Assembly (NCBI GenBank): GCA_038245785.1
Contig: JBBRSB010000011.1
Coordinates: 32,001 to 96,000 of the forward strand
DNA: 64,000 nucleotides
Reading direction: 5' to 3'
Source: Gloeobacterales cyanobacterium
GTDB lineage: Bacteria > Cyanobacteriota > Cyanobacteriia > Gloeobacterales > PMM-0068
In this document: piece by piece, positions 1-10,297 of the stretch
Layout: each line of letters opens with the position of its first letter
How positions within the stretch are numbered: position 1 is the first letter of the stretch
Translations under genes and position numbers: made by a program
The notes under the pieces: model-generated
Databases searched by the model: none
Told to the model about the DNA's origin: nothing
Seen by the model: only the letters and a program-made list of their open reading frames with translations

Positions 1-15
1 ATTACATCCATGAAG

Positions 16-1080
16 TTACCGATAGGTTGGGTCTAGATTTACGCTATCCCCTAGCTGGTTCAAACGGTCAATAAAAATGCGTAGTCGTCCAGGCCGATTG
101 CGTTTAGGCAAGAGAATCAGACGGGGCAGATGGCCTGTGTGGGCATCTTCTTCCTGCGGCAGTGCCTGTTGGGTTTGATAGATCGGTTCAGCTAAAAAGT
201 CATCAAATTCCCGAGAAAGCGTCTCTAACGACTCTGGAGAGAGGAAAGTATTGATCCGAACTAAGAATTTTTCACCCAGGTACCGACTGGAATGATAAAC
301 ACTGTAAAACTGCATCACTTCTTCGCAGGCTTGGTCAAGGGTTTCTACCCGTCGATATAGGCTCAGATCTACTTCATCTACTAGGCCTCTAGAGCCTAAA
401 AGCTTATGCAACATCCGGTCCCATTCTTGCCAGTAGTCTCCACCGGGTTCTTCCACAAGCACAATCGGCATGATCAGAGCTTTGCCTGTTTGGATCAAGG
501 TCATGCACTCAAAGGCTTCATCCCAAGTGCCAAAACCGCCAGGGAACAAGGCTAGGGCATCGGTCTCTCGCATGAAGAAGAGCTTACGGGTAAAGAAATA
601 CTTGAAATCAACGGCTTTGGGGTCGTCTTGAATGAAGTTATTGATGTCCTGAAAATCAGGCAGCACGATATTCAAGCCAAAAGACATATCTCGGCCTGCT
701 CCTTCATTTCCGGCCTGCATGACGCCGCCACCGCCCCCAGTAATCGTCATAAAGCCTTTCTCGGCCATCAGGGCTGCAAACTCGCGGGCCATCTTATAGA
801 CCTTAGACTCTGGAGCTAGTCGAGCCGAACCAAAGATACTGATTTTGCGTTTTTGGCGATAGGGTGCGAAGGCCGTAAAGCCATTGCATAGGTCTTTGAG
901 CGCATTATTTAAAATTTTCCAGTCCAGCCGCTCTAATCCGGGATTCTGGAGCATACAGAGCAAATTTTCCAAAACTTTCTGCACGAGATCGGGTTCTGGA
1001 TGTTCGGCTGCTTCTTTCATCAATTGCTGGAAAATTTCTTGGTTTCTAGATAACACTTTGGCTCCTCGGCACCCCATCAT
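16..1080 (-). CDS. LOG family (TIGR00730-like) Rossmann-fold nucleotide-binding protein, long form; exact start uncertain
   Basis: Motifs IFGSAR, ITGGGGGVMQAGNEGA, FKYFFTRKLFF and PGGFGTWDE. Confidence 0.88.
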   Translation of the reverse strand: MMGCRGAKVLSRNQEIFQQLMKEAAEHPEPDLVQKVLENLLCMLQNPGLERLDWKILNNALKDLCNGFTAFAPYRQKRKISIFGSARLAPESKVYKMAREFAALMAEKGFMTITGGGGGVMQAGNEGAGRDMSFGLNIVLPDFQDINNFIQDDPKAVDFKYFFTRKLFFMRETDALALFPGGFGTWDEAFECMTLIQTGKALIMPIVLVEEPGGDYWQEWDRMLHKLLGSRGLVDEVDLSLYRRVETLDQACEEVMQFYSVYHSSRYLGEKFLVRINTFLSPESLETLSREFDDFLAEPIYQTQQALPQEEDAHTGHLPRLILLPKRNRPGRLRIFIDRLNQLGDSVNLDPTYR

Positions 1081-1199
1081 TATTCCCGATAGCGTAGGGT
1101 CTACTAATTATTCTAGCGAAATAGGGATCGGGGACTCATGCCGTAGCGTGTGGTTCTATCTGCGGTACTTTGGCAGCAGCATCTATACGCGAGGTCCTG

Positions 1200-2495
1200 A
1201 TGCATCCCCAGGAATTGATTGACCAAGCTCTGAAAGAAGGGGCTCAAGCTGCAGAAGTGTATCAAGCCAGCAGTGAGAGTCGCTCTGCCATTTTTGAAGC
1301 GAATCGCCTGAAACAAATAGAGTCCTCTGAGGAAGAAGGAACCGCCCTGCGTGTCTGGAAAGAGGACAAAGTCGGCCTGGCCGTTGCCTACGGTCCAATT
1401 GATGGAAAAGCTCTGGTAGCAAAAGCGCTGGCCTTAGCTGAATTTGGAGAAATCACCCCGATTGATTTAGCCCATGAGTCTCTGCGCAACCCAGAAAAAA
1501 CCTATGAGCCCATCCCTTCTCAAACCCTGATCGATTGGGGAGAAATGGTTATTCAAGGAGTCCGGGAACGTTTTAATGAAACCATTTGTAGCGCTTCCTT
1601 TGGGTTTGAGGTGGAAGCCGCCAGCCTCACCAATTCTGAAGGGCTTGCTTCTTACCACCAAACCCGTTCTCTCGGTGGATATGTCGGGGTGGAATGGGTG
1701 CGTGGAGACGACTTTTTGGCTGTTTATGAAGGAGATTCCGATGTGGTTATCCCTGAGCCTCAGAAAATTATCCGGCGCGTCCTAGACCGCCTGGAATGGG
1801 CTAAGGAGAATGTCTCCGCTCCTATTGGCACCTATCCTGTTATTTTTACCGCCAATGCCGTTAGCACCCTGCTCGGAACCGTGCTGGCGGCTATGAATGG
1901 TCGAGCAGTCTTAGAAAAATCTTCACCCTGGACGGACAAACGAGGGGAACAGGTGCTCTCGCCACTCTTGACCATCCAGCAAGACCCGAATTTTGGTCCG
2001 TTCCCCACACCCTTCGATGATGAAGGCACCCCAACGCAGATTTTGAGCTTTCTCACCGAAGGCGTCCTGAACAATTTCTACGGAGATCGTCAAGTGTCCC
2101 GCACCTTGGGGCTGGCGCTCACAGGCAATGGAATGCGGGATGGATTGGGGGGCTTTCCCAAACCCGGCGTGATCAACGCTATCCTCACGCCAGGAACGCT
2201 GAGCTTGGAACAGCTCGTCGCCCAGGTTGACCGTGGTCTTCTGGTAGACCAAGTGCTAGGCGGTGGAGCAGGGCTTTCTGGAGAACTTTCGGTCAACATC
2301 GACCTAGGCTATGCCATCGAAAAAGGAAAAATTCTTGGTCGCGTTAAAGACACCATGATCGCAGGCAATGCCTATAAGCTCCTCAATCAAGTGATCGCCG
2401 TAGGGCAAGAGCGGTTCTGGGAAGGGGCACTCTATACCCCGGCCCTCTTAGTAGAAGGAGTCTCTATTAGCAGTAAGGAGCCAGAAGAGGATTAA
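1200..2495 (+). CDS. TldD/PmbA family protein (PmbA-like)
   Basis: FDDEGTPT motif and C-terminal SGELSVNIDLGYAIEKG..GRVKDTMIAGN; ATG at 1200 follows GAGG, preferred over the TTG at 1170. Confidence 0.88.
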   Translation: MHPQELIDQALKEGAQAAEVYQASSESRSAIFEANRLKQIESSEEEGTALRVWKEDKVGLAVAYGPIDGKALVAKALALAEFGEITPIDLAHESLRNPEKTYEPIPSQTLIDWGEMVIQGVRERFNETICSASFGFEVEAASLTNSEGLASYHQTRSLGGYVGVEWVRGDDFLAVYEGDSDVVIPEPQKIIRRVLDRLEWAKENVSAPIGTYPVIFTANAVSTLLGTVLAAMNGRAVLEKSSPWTDKRGEQVLSPLLTIQQDPNFGPFPTPFDDEGTPTQILSFLTEGVLNNFYGDRQVSRTLGLALTGNGMRDGLGGFPKPGVINAILTPGTLSLEQLVAQVDRGLLVDQVLGGGAGLSGELSVNIDLGYAIEKGKILGRVKDTMIAGNAYKLLNQVIAVGQERFWEGALYTPALLVEGVSISSKEPEED

Positions 2496-2580
2496 AGGAA
2501 CAAGAACACAGTACGAAAAGAGCAACAGGGGATGTCAATCAACCTTCCGGCCTCATACACTGAGAAAAATAGCAATTTAG

Positions 2581-2946
2581 ATGACAAAGGTTATGACGTT
2601 CCAGCTAGATCAAATCGTCTGCCTACGAGTGGCTCCGGCAGTACTGTATTGCGTGGTCCGTGCCACCAACACAAATCCTCAAGGCGAAGTGCTGTGTTGG
2701 GCTCGGCCTTTATACATTCAGGAATGGGAAGAAGTGCACGATGTGCGTTGCTCTGTAGATATTCTGTGCCCTCTCGCTTGGTTTGAGCCGACCTATGATG
2801 TGGAAGTTTTGGACCATCTACCCCTCTTGGACTGGGAACAGGCAGCCGTCTTTGGCCTAAACGCCCAACATCGCCAACGGGTCAATCATTTCATTCGTCA
2901 TTTTGTGGCAGAAAGCACAGCCCTTCGCCCACTTCTTAACCCTTAG
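2581..2946 (+). CDS. Hypothetical protein
   Basis: 121-aa ORF co-oriented with rlmH and ending 5 nt before it; 'LCWARPL' and 'DILCPLAWFEP' segments resemble a conserved cyanobacterial hypothetical. Confidence 0.65.
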   Translation: MTKVMTFQLDQIVCLRVAPAVLYCVVRATNTNPQGEVLCWARPLYIQEWEEVHDVRCSVDILCPLAWFEPTYDVEVLDHLPLLDWEQAAVFGLNAQHRQRVNHFIRHFVAESTALRPLLNP

Positions 2947-2951
2947 ACGCA

Positions 2952-3413
2952 ATGCAAATTACGCTCCTCGCCGTCGGACGCATCAAGCAAAAGGGCTATG
3001 CCCAAGCCTGTAGCGATTATCAGACTCGGATCAGTCGCTTTTCTCCTTTTCAAGTGATCGAACTTAAAGACCAGCGGGGGGGAAAAGACTACAGCTTGAC
3101 GCGAGAAGCTCAAGACCTGCTTCATAAGATCCCAGCAGGAGCCCATGTCGTCTGCCTAGATGATCGGGGCACTACTTTTTCGAGTGAAGAGTTCGCTCAC
3201 TGGCTGGAGAAGCAGAGACTACAGGGCCCACCGATTGCCTTCATTTTGGGTTCTGGTTGGGGCCTAGATGCCAGCATCAAACAGAGAGCAAACTTCATCC
3301 TCTCCCTATCCAAAATGACCCTCCCCCACGAATTAGCAAGGGTTGTGTTTTGCGAACAACTCTACCGAGCCTTCACCATTATCCAGGGCCATCCCTACCA
3401 TCACGGTGATTAA
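2952..3413 (+). CDS. rlmH: 23S rRNA (pseudouridine1915-N3)-methyltransferase
   Basis: SPOUT motifs LDDRG..FSSEEFA, FILGSGWGL, LSLSKMTLPHELARVV and terminal HPYHH. Confidence 0.95.
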   Translation: MQITLLAVGRIKQKGYAQACSDYQTRISRFSPFQVIELKDQRGGKDYSLTREAQDLLHKIPAGAHVVCLDDRGTTFSSEEFAHWLEKQRLQGPPIAFILGSGWGLDASIKQRANFILSLSKMTLPHELARVVFCEQLYRAFTIIQGHPYHHGD

Positions 3414-3427
3414 TTTAAAGTGGACAT

Positions 3428-3500
3428 AACCCCCGGCTATCGCCGTCCCCCACTCTCCGGGAAGGCCACGCTTAGTGCCAAGGGGGACTATAGGGAGTCT
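3428..3500. repeat. GC-rich REP/MITE-like palindromic element between convergent rlmH and speA
   Basis: GTCCCCC...GGGGGAC arms; core ACTCT(N)CGGGAAGGC also occurs near 50003-50020. Confidence 0.5.
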
Positions 3501-3527
3501 TCTATTTAAGCTACTTAGTCCGTTAGG

Positions 3528-5471
3528 TTAGTAATCGGTCAAATAAGTATAGCCATTCAAACTATGCTCATAGTTTTGCAAAAGCAGTCGTGCTTCAGAC
3601 ATCGTGATCTTCTTCTCTTGCAGAGCCCGCTCTGTTTCCCGACGCATACGTTCCAGGAGATCATCTCGGTCGAATTGCACATACTGCAAGACTTCTGTCA
3701 TCGTGTCCCCTTTGACCACATGTTCAATCGCATACCCTTCTGGAGTTAGGTGAATATGCACGGCATTTGTATCGCCAAACAAATTGTGTAGATCGCCAAG
3801 AATTTCTTGATAAGCTCCATTCAAGAAGATACCCAGATAGTAGGTTTCTCCCTGATTTAGTGGATGCAATTCTAGTACTGGCTTTACATCTCTGAGGTCA
3901 ATAAACTCATCGATTTTGCCATCGCTATCACAAGTCACATCCGCGATAGTCCCACGCTCCGTAGGCTTTTCGTTCAATCGGTGAATGGGCATGATTGGAA
4001 ACAGCTGATCAATAGCCCAATGGTCAGGAATAGACTGAAAAACAGAAAAGTTACAGTAATATGTCGAAGCGAGAATTTTCTCTAAATCTTCTAAGTCATC
4101 AGGCACATAATCTAACTCTCGAATAATATTCAGAATCTTGTTGCAAGAGCCCCAGAAAAGCTGCTCTATCTTCGCTCGTTCTTTCAGTTTCAAATAGCCT
4201 AAACTAAACAGACTATCGGCCTCTTCCTTACACTGAATCGCATCATGGTAGGCTTCTTGGAAATTACTAGGATTTATATTTTCATAAGTTTCATAGAGAT
4301 TGCGAATCGTTGAATGCTCACTTTCTTCAGTCGCTGCGATTTCTCGACAATGGGTTTTATTGACTCCCAAAACATCAAAAACCAGCACGGATTGATGAGA
4401 GGCAATAGCTCGGCCACTCTCACTGACCAATACAGGGACAGGTATATTTCTTGAGGTGCAAGCTTCTTTTATTTCAGCTACTACGTCATAGGCATAGCTC
4501 TGCGTATTGTAGTTTTTAGAGGAAGGAAAAGTCGTTTTGGAACCATCATAATCTACGCCCAATCCACCCCCGACATCAACATAGCCCATCTGAGCACCCA
4601 GCTCAGCTAGTTCTACATAGATTTTGCCAGCTTCTCGCAAAGCATCTTTGATGACACTAATCGAACTAATTTGAGAACCAATATGGAAGTGTAAAAGTTG
4701 TAGACAGCTAAGCATCTCTTCTTGTCTTAGCCGCTCAACTACTTCTAGAATTTCAGTCACTGTCAGCCCGAACTTTGCGCGGTCTCCAGCAGAACTGCCC
4801 CAGCGACCAATACCCTTAGAAGTCAGCTTAGCCCGAACGCCCAAAATTGGGCTGATTTTGAGTTTCTTCGCCGCTTGAATAACTACTTCTAGTTCTTCAA
4901 ATTGTTCTAAAACAATAATAGGGGTCTGTCCCAATCGCTGAGAGATTAAGGCCGTTTCGATATATTCTCGGTCTTTATAGCCGTTGCAAATTAACAAAGC
5001 TCCTGGTGTTTTCAAGAGGGCCAAAGCAATCAATAATTCTGGTTTAGAACCCGCTTCCAAACCAAACTGAAAAGACTTTCCATATTTAACAATTTCTTCT
5101 ACGACATGACGCTGCTGATTAACTTTGACGGGGTAGACGCCTCTGTAAACATTGGCATAGTCATAGCGGGATATGGCTTTGGAAAAACAACCATTTAAAC
5201 GTTCTATGCGGTCTGCCAAGATGTCTGAAAATCTAATCAATAGAGGAGTATTCAATCCTCTAAGTTTCAGGTCTGAGACCAAACTATATAGGTCAACACA
5301 TCCGCCTCGGTCACCTCTGGGTGAAACTGTAATATGGCCTGCCTGGTTGATACCAAAGTAGGGCTCACCCCACGTTTGGATACGATACAGTTCTTCGCTA
5401 TCCTGCACGGTCCATGCGGATTTTCCAAGTAGCGGGGAACGGGGAACGGGAACCTTGAGTTCTTGCATCAA
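3528..5471 (-). CDS. speA: Biosynthetic arginine decarboxylase
   Basis: YPVKVNQ (PLP lysine), GLEAGSKPEL, HFHIGSQI, DVGGGLGVDYDGS, TCDSDGKI, GAYQEILGDLHNLFG. Confidence 0.97.
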   Translation of the reverse strand: MMQELKVPVPRSPLLGKSAWTVQDSEELYRIQTWGEPYFGINQAGHITVSPRGDRGGCVDLYSLVSDLKLRGLNTPLLIRFSDILADRIERLNGCFSKAISRYDYANVYRGVYPVKVNQQRHVVEEIVKYGKSFQFGLEAGSKPELLIALALLKTPGALLICNGYKDREYIETALISQRLGQTPIIVLEQFEELEVVIQAAKKLKISPILGVRAKLTSKGIGRWGSSAGDRAKFGLTVTEILEVVERLRQEEMLSCLQLLHFHIGSQISSISVIKDALREAGKIYVELAELGAQMGYVDVGGGLGVDYDGSKTTFPSSKNYNTQSYAYDVVAEIKEACTSRNIPVPVLVSESGRAIASHQSVLVFDVLGVNKTHCREIAATEESEHSTIRNLYETYENINPSNFQEAYHDAIQCKEEADSLFSLGYLKLKERAKIEQLFWGSCNKILNIIRELDYVPDDLEDLEKILASTYYCNFSVFQSIPDHWAIDQLFPIMPIHRLNEKPTERGTIADVTCDSDGKIDEFIDLRDVKPVLELHPLNQGETYYLGIFLNGAYQEILGDLHNLFGDTNAVHIHLTPEGYAIEHVVKGDTMTEVLQYVQFDRDDLLERMRRETERALQEKKITMSEARLLLQNYEHSLNGYTYLTDY

Positions 5472-5574
5472 ATATTGACCTTGCTATCTAAAGCTTACAG
5501 TCCGCTAGTGTACCCTATCCAGATTGGGAACTCTCAGGCATTCTCAGGGTATCAGACCGCATAGTCTCGCTTTA

Positions 5575-6576
5575 TCAAGCTTGTTTGATTAAATAGCGTA
5601 TTTCGTCCAAACTTAGCCCTGATTTTTTGGAAGCTAGTGCGACATCCTTGAATTCAACGAGGGCGCTGATAAATTTTGACAACTTTTTGCGGTAGAGGCC
5701 ATGATTCAACTTCCAGACCTGAGGATCTACTTTTAGGAGGGTGTCAGCGAGAACAGCGCTGCCGTCTTCCATCAAAATCGGAATGGTGCTGAGAATGGCT
5801 TCTGGCGAAGAGTTAACCTTGATTGGAGGAGCCTTGGTAGGTTTTAGTTTTGAAGCTAGGGGGCTCTGGGCTGTTTTTGTTTGTGCAAGAACTGAAGACT
5901 TGCGAACGGTAAACCTTTTAGAAACGCTTTTAACTCGCTTCCCTGAGGCAGAACGAAAACTTTTTACGGCTATCGGTTTTTGGAGTGAGGAAGAGTCAAA
6001 CACTTCTGTACTGGGAACTAAGGAAAGAGGGCGCTTTCTGTCCATTACCAAAGTGGCGGAAATCGGGATTTTTACAGAATTTTGTTTAACAGGATCTACA
6101 GAGCCGATAGAACTGATAGGTGGAGGAGGCGCATCTTTGATCAGCTCAAGCGCTTTTTCTAAAACTTTACGTTCTATAACCCCAGGGTCTGGCTCTTTAG
6201 GAGACACCACGGCAATCGGTTCGGGCTTAGTCTGGATAAAGGTAAAGGTAAGGCTATACCCAAGGCTAGTACTCAGAGCAGCGGTGACGGCACAAGCAGC
6301 CGCAACAGATTTCAACGGATAAAGTTTGGACGTGCGTTCTAGAGGATTAGGGTCAGACCCCATAATCGCTAAGTTATAGGCAGCACGGGATTCATCGTCA
6401 GACAAGATGCCATAAGCCTGATTGACTTCTTTCAACTGTTCATCGTTTTCCATACCCTGATTGACGTCCGGATGGTACTTACGGGCGAGACCAAGATAAG
6501 CGTTTCTAATCTGTTCCTTCGTGGCGCTTCGAGGAACTCCTAAAATGCGATAGAAGTCTTGGGACATAGGTTGCAC
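5575..6576 (-). CDS. J-domain (DnaJ-like) protein with hydrophobic segment and basic low-complexity C-terminal region
   Basis: N-terminal DFYRILGV...ARKYHPD...EVNQAYGILSD; hydrophobic stretch near aa 90-115. Confidence 0.85.
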   Translation of the reverse strand: MQPMSQDFYRILGVPRSATKEQIRNAYLGLARKYHPDVNQGMENDEQLKEVNQAYGILSDDESRAAYNLAIMGSDPNPLERTSKLYPLKSVAAACAVTAALSTSLGYSLTFTFIQTKPEPIAVVSPKEPDPGVIERKVLEKALELIKDAPPPPISSIGSVDPVKQNSVKIPISATLVMDRKRPLSLVPSTEVFDSSSLQKPIAVKSFRSASGKRVKSVSKRFTVRKSSVLAQTKTAQSPLASKLKPTKAPPIKVNSSPEAILSTIPILMEDGSAVLADTLLKVDPQVWKLNHGLYRKKLSKFISALVEFKDVALASKKSGLSLDEIRYLIKQA

Positions 6577-6715
6577 GTACTTTAAGAAAAAAAAGTCATA
6601 CCAATCTAGAACTATGTAGCCGATTTAACTAATTCGCATAAGATTAGCAGCTTTTGTTCCTATCTAGAAGTTTTGACGAATACAGGATTATGAAGAATCT
6701 GAAAGATCCGACTCA

Positions 6716-7501
6716 TCAGCTATAGCGCACTAACTCTATTCGATAGCGACCTTTTTTTGTTTCTTCTACTTTGCCGACTTCCAAACGACCTTTTCCAGAC
6801 ATCGTGATCCGGTCTCCTTCTGCGACCAACTGACTAGATTTCAGCGCAGTCTTCCAGTTCACGCGCACATCTCCAGTTTCGATCGAGTCGGCCATTTTGG
6901 CGCGCGAAAGTCCAAATCCAGCAGAAGCCACCGCGTCCAGGCGCATGGAAGCTTCTACAGTCGTCATTGCTTTGGAGCGCGGAGGACGAATTTCCAGGTT
7001 TTCTAAGGCTAGCGGTTCAACGGTAACCGATACGGAGCGCACACTTTTGAGAGATTGCTGGATGAATTCTACCAACTCAGGAACTATAAGAATCTGAGCG
7101 CCTCGGTCTTTGAGAATCAGAATATCGCCCACTTTTTCCCGGACAATCCCTGTGTTCAGCACCGCTCCTAAAAAATCTCGATGGGAAGCAGGATCAAACA
7201 GAAAGTTTCCGCGCACCTCCACCGCTGCTATTGCAATCTCTGTGCGCTCGATAGGCACTTCTATCCGGGCAAAAGCAACCCGGACGCGCTCTGCTTGCTC
7301 ATAGCCTCCCCAGACCAAGCTCTGAATTTCGGTCAGGGAAGCAAAAGCAGCGAGTGTCTCCTGGGCTTCAGGAGGAGAACAAAAATCTGAAACCACTACG
7401 GTCCACTCTTTAATCGCTTTTTCTGCGAGGTCTACCATACGCGCTAGCGTGTCACGGTAGTCACGACTACGGGCAAGAATTTCTTCGCGGGGTAAATTCA
7501 T
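6716..7501 (-). CDS. Photosystem II S4 domain protein (YlmH/Sll1252 family)
   Basis: GGYEQAERVR, HRDFLGAVL..G..REKVGDI, SMRLDAVASAGFGLSR S4 domain. Confidence 0.92.
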   Translation of the reverse strand: MNLPREEILARSRDYRDTLARMVDLAEKAIKEWTVVVSDFCSPPEAQETLAAFASLTEIQSLVWGGYEQAERVRVAFARIEVPIERTEIAIAAVEVRGNFLFDPASHRDFLGAVLNTGIVREKVGDILILKDRGAQILIVPELVEFIQQSLKSVRSVSVTVEPLALENLEIRPPRSKAMTTVEASMRLDAVASAGFGLSRAKMADSIETGDVRVNWKTALKSSQLVAEGDRITMSGKGRLEVGKVEETKKGRYRIELVRYS

Positions 7502-7529
7502 AGATGAGGCTTTTTCTCTTTTGATTAGC

Positions 7530-7560
7530 AGTATTTCTACTCAATATAGGTAGAAATACT
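7530..7560. promoter_or_regulatory. Perfect 11-bp inverted repeat in a divergent intergenic region
   Basis: AGTATTTCTAC-N9-GTAGAAATACT. Confidence 0.5.
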
Positions 7561-7601
7561 CTGCAGAGCCGTTACTATAGGGATAAGTCAAGGGTGGGCT
7601 A

Positions 7602-7826
7602 GTGCATCTATTAAGTTTATTGCTTCTTGTGATGGCTGCAGCAGGATGGGTTTTTGCACCGCGAGGCCTCGTGAATCGGACACAACAGGTTTTGGCATGG
7701 GCGGCCATTCAACAAAGAGGGCTGAGCGTAGTCAGATTGGGAGTTTTTACGGCTCTCTCTTTCGCTTTTATTCACATCTTGAACTCGATGCCATCGGATC
7801 TGTTAGCTAATGTCCTCCCTCGCTAA
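7602..7826 (+). CDS. Small hypothetical membrane protein
   Basis: 74 aa, two hydrophobic segments, ends 6 nt before gcvT. Confidence 0.55.
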   Translation: MHLLSLLLLVMAAAGWVFAPRGLVNRTQQVLAWAAIQQRGLSVVRLGVFTALSFAFIHILNSMPSDLLANVLPR

Positions 7827-7832
7827 GTTTCT

Positions 7833-8903
7833 ATGGATTTAAAACGCACCCCTCTCTTCGACCTCCATCTTGCACAAAAAGCCCGTATGGTAGCGTTTGG
7901 AGGCTGGGAGATGCCCGTCCAGTATGAGGGAATCCTGGCGGAACATCGGGCTGTGCGCGGGGACGTAGGACTTTTCGACATTTCCCACATGGGGAAATTT
8001 ATCCTCAAGGGAAACTTGGAGCAGATCCAACCCTTGGTCCCTTCTGATCTCTCGCGCCTACAGGCTGGACAGGGGCAGTACAGCGTCTTACTGAATGAAC
8101 AGGGCGGAGTGGTGGATGACGTAATCTTCTATTGCCATAGCCCAGAGCACTGGACGGTGATTGTAAATGCCAGTACAACCGAAAAGGACAAAACCTGGAT
8201 TCAAACCCATGCTCCTAGCGTTAATCTGCAAGACCTGAGCCAAGAACGACTTTTACTGGCTATTCAAGGCCCCAACGCCCAAACTAAGCTTCAGCCCTAT
8301 ACAACTGTAGATCTCAGCTCCATTCCACGTTTCGGTCACGAAACCGGAGAACTTCTAGGAGCCGAAAGTTTTATCGCCCGCTCAGGTTATACCGGGGAAG
8401 ACGGTTTTGAAGTGATGATCCCCTTCGAAGAAGGCCGTGCGCTTTGGACAAAGCTCCTAGAAGATGGCGTATTCCCCTGTGGTCTGGGTTGCCGAGATAC
8501 CCTGCGTCTGGAAGCCGGGATGCATCTCTATGGACAGGACATGAATGATGAAACTACGCCTCTGGAAGCTTCTTTGGGCTGGGTAGTCCACTGGGATAAA
8601 GGACCATTCATCGGCCGAGAAGTTTTAGAGAATCAGAAATCTAAGCTCACCCGCAAACTCGTCGGCCTAGAGATCACAGAACGGGGCATTCCTCGTCATG
8701 ATTATCCTGTTCTTTTCCAAGGGGCTCCCATTGGCACCGTAACCAGCGGCGCTTTGTCTCCCCAGTTCAATAAAGGTATTGCTCTCGCCTATGTCCCTAC
8801 AGAATTGTCAGCCCTAGGTACCCATCTGGAAGTGGATATTCGCGGAAAGTCTGTGGCTGCAACTGTTGTTAAACGGCCTTTTTACCGTAGACCTGCAGTA
8901 TGA
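7833..8903 (+). CDS. gcvT: Glycine cleavage system aminomethyltransferase T
   Basis: FGGWEMPVQY, GLFDISHMG, RSGYTGEDGFE, GLGCRDTLRLEAG. Confidence 0.97.
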   Translation: MDLKRTPLFDLHLAQKARMVAFGGWEMPVQYEGILAEHRAVRGDVGLFDISHMGKFILKGNLEQIQPLVPSDLSRLQAGQGQYSVLLNEQGGVVDDVIFYCHSPEHWTVIVNASTTEKDKTWIQTHAPSVNLQDLSQERLLLAIQGPNAQTKLQPYTTVDLSSIPRFGHETGELLGAESFIARSGYTGEDGFEVMIPFEEGRALWTKLLEDGVFPCGLGCRDTLRLEAGMHLYGQDMNDETTPLEASLGWVVHWDKGPFIGREVLENQKSKLTRKLVGLEITERGIPRHDYPVLFQGAPIGTVTSGALSPQFNKGIALAYVPTELSALGTHLEVDIRGKSVAATVVKRPFYRRPAV

Positions 8904-8928
8904 AGTTGTTACCTCTACTCAATCCTTC

Positions 8929-9720
8929 ATGACTGCTCAGACTCCAGGCATTCTTGCCCTCGACTTTGATGGTGTTCTCTGTGATGGCCTGCTGGAATAT
9001 TTCCAGGTGGCGTGGCGCACCTATGCTCAACTCTGGCAACCGAACAGTTCAGCAGTACCCGAGGAGCTAGCTCCAGCTTTTTATCGTCTACGTCCGGTGA
9101 TTGAGACGGGTTGGGAGATGCCTATCCTGATTCAAGCCTTGCGCCAAGGCATTCCTGAAACCCAGATTCTTCAGGGTTGGTTGATTATCGCTTCGCAAAT
9201 TCTGGCCGATAGCCACTTAGATGCCAAGACTATAGGCATAGCCTTGGACCATCAACGCGACCAATGGATTACAACAGACCTTGACGGCTGGCTAGCTCTT
9301 CATCATCTCTATCCAGGCATCTTAGAGCGGTTAAAATCCACCCTTGCAAGTGCCGTCTATCCCGTCATTATTTCCACAAAAGAAGGTCGTTTTATAGATC
9401 AGCTTTTGAGACAGCAAGGGATTGAATTGTCAGAGGCCCAAATCATCGGCAAAGAATCGCAGCGCCCTAAACATCAGGTCTTACGCGAGCTGGTTGCAGA
9501 CAACGACTACTCCACTATTTGGTTTATTGAAGACCGTTTCAAAACCCTCATCTCTATTCAGAACCACGTAGATTTGACAGCGATCAGACTTTATTTAGCA
9601 GATTGGGGCTACAACACGAAGCAAGAACGAGAGGCTGCGCAGCAGAATAGCAAAATCGAACTGCTCTCCCTATCAGAATTTACCCAGGACTTTTCTGAAT
9701 GGCCCGCTATAATTGGCTAA
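8929..9720 (+). CDS. HAD-family hydrolase (cyanobacterial type)
   Basis: LALDFDGVLCD motif I, FIEDRFKTL, LADWGYN; ATG at 8929 avoids overlap with gcvT. Confidence 0.88.
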   Translation: MTAQTPGILALDFDGVLCDGLLEYFQVAWRTYAQLWQPNSSAVPEELAPAFYRLRPVIETGWEMPILIQALRQGIPETQILQGWLIIASQILADSHLDAKTIGIALDHQRDQWITTDLDGWLALHHLYPGILERLKSTLASAVYPVIISTKEGRFIDQLLRQQGIELSEAQIIGKESQRPKHQVLRELVADNDYSTIWFIEDRFKTLISIQNHVDLTAIRLYLADWGYNTKQEREAAQQNSKIELLSLSEFTQDFSEWPAIIG

Positions 9721-9750
9721 TCGACGAGTGGAGCCAACCCCTATATGACA

Positions 9751-10167
9751 TCACAGCAAAAATAGAGATGGTGAAATGTTAAAGCGTTCTCCTAATTTCT
9801 TGGCTTGAGCTTTGCTGATCTCACGTTTACCATTGATGACTTCTGAGGCAATTCCACTTGAACCAAAAACATCCAGCACATCTGTCTGCTTCAAATTATT
9901 CGACTCCAGAAGGTGTAGTAACCGACTAAGAGAGGTAGAAAGATTCGATGGCAGGTAGTTTCCTTCCTCAAACTTCTCAATCGATAAGATTAACAAGTCA
10001 TATAGCCGATCTTCTTCAGGAGTTAATTCTGCCTTGTGCATCAGAGCTTCAACATGAACTAATGCCCGGTCGTTCTCTTCTTCAGTCTTGATTGCTTGGG
10101 GTAAGACTTCAGATAAGAGATTTGCGTAGACTTCCCGATTAAAAGTAAGGGTCATTTTTCCAGTCAT
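9751..10167 (-). CDS. higA: HigA-type HTH antitoxin/transcriptional regulator
   Basis: PQAIKTEEENDRAL, LKQTDVLDVFGSSGIASEVINGKREISK; overlaps the 3' end of a higB remnant. Confidence 0.88.
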   Translation of the reverse strand: MTGKMTLTFNREVYANLLSEVLPQAIKTEEENDRALVHVEALMHKAELTPEEDRLYDLLILSIEKFEEGNYLPSNLSTSLSRLLHLLESNNLKQTDVLDVFGSSGIASEVINGKREISKAQAKKLGERFNISPSLFLL

Positions 10168-10297
10168 CCTTGTCGTATTCAGCGTGGGTTAAAAAATATT
10201 TGAAATAAATGGTTTGCTTTCTATAGTTCATGGCAACTATCAGCCGATAGCGGTTTCCTTTGACATTGAAGACTGTGAAGTTTCCAACTGCTATAGC
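10139..10297 (-). pseudogene. higB: 5'-truncated HigB toxin remnant
   Basis: Manual translation AIAVGNFTVFNVKGNRYRLIVAMNYRKQTIYFKYFLTHAEYDKDDWKNDPYF*; frame closed upstream by TAG at 10298-10300; parallels the C-terminal half of the intact HigB at 61787. Confidence 0.85.

Noticed and set aside
7560..7833. Possible glycine riboswitch upstream of gcvT
   Set aside because: No aptamer consensus seen; the space is occupied by a small ORF
10214..10291. ORF-track N-terminus of the Rpn protein (MLSIVHGN...)
   Set aside because: It is the antisense of the higB remnant, not Rpn sequence
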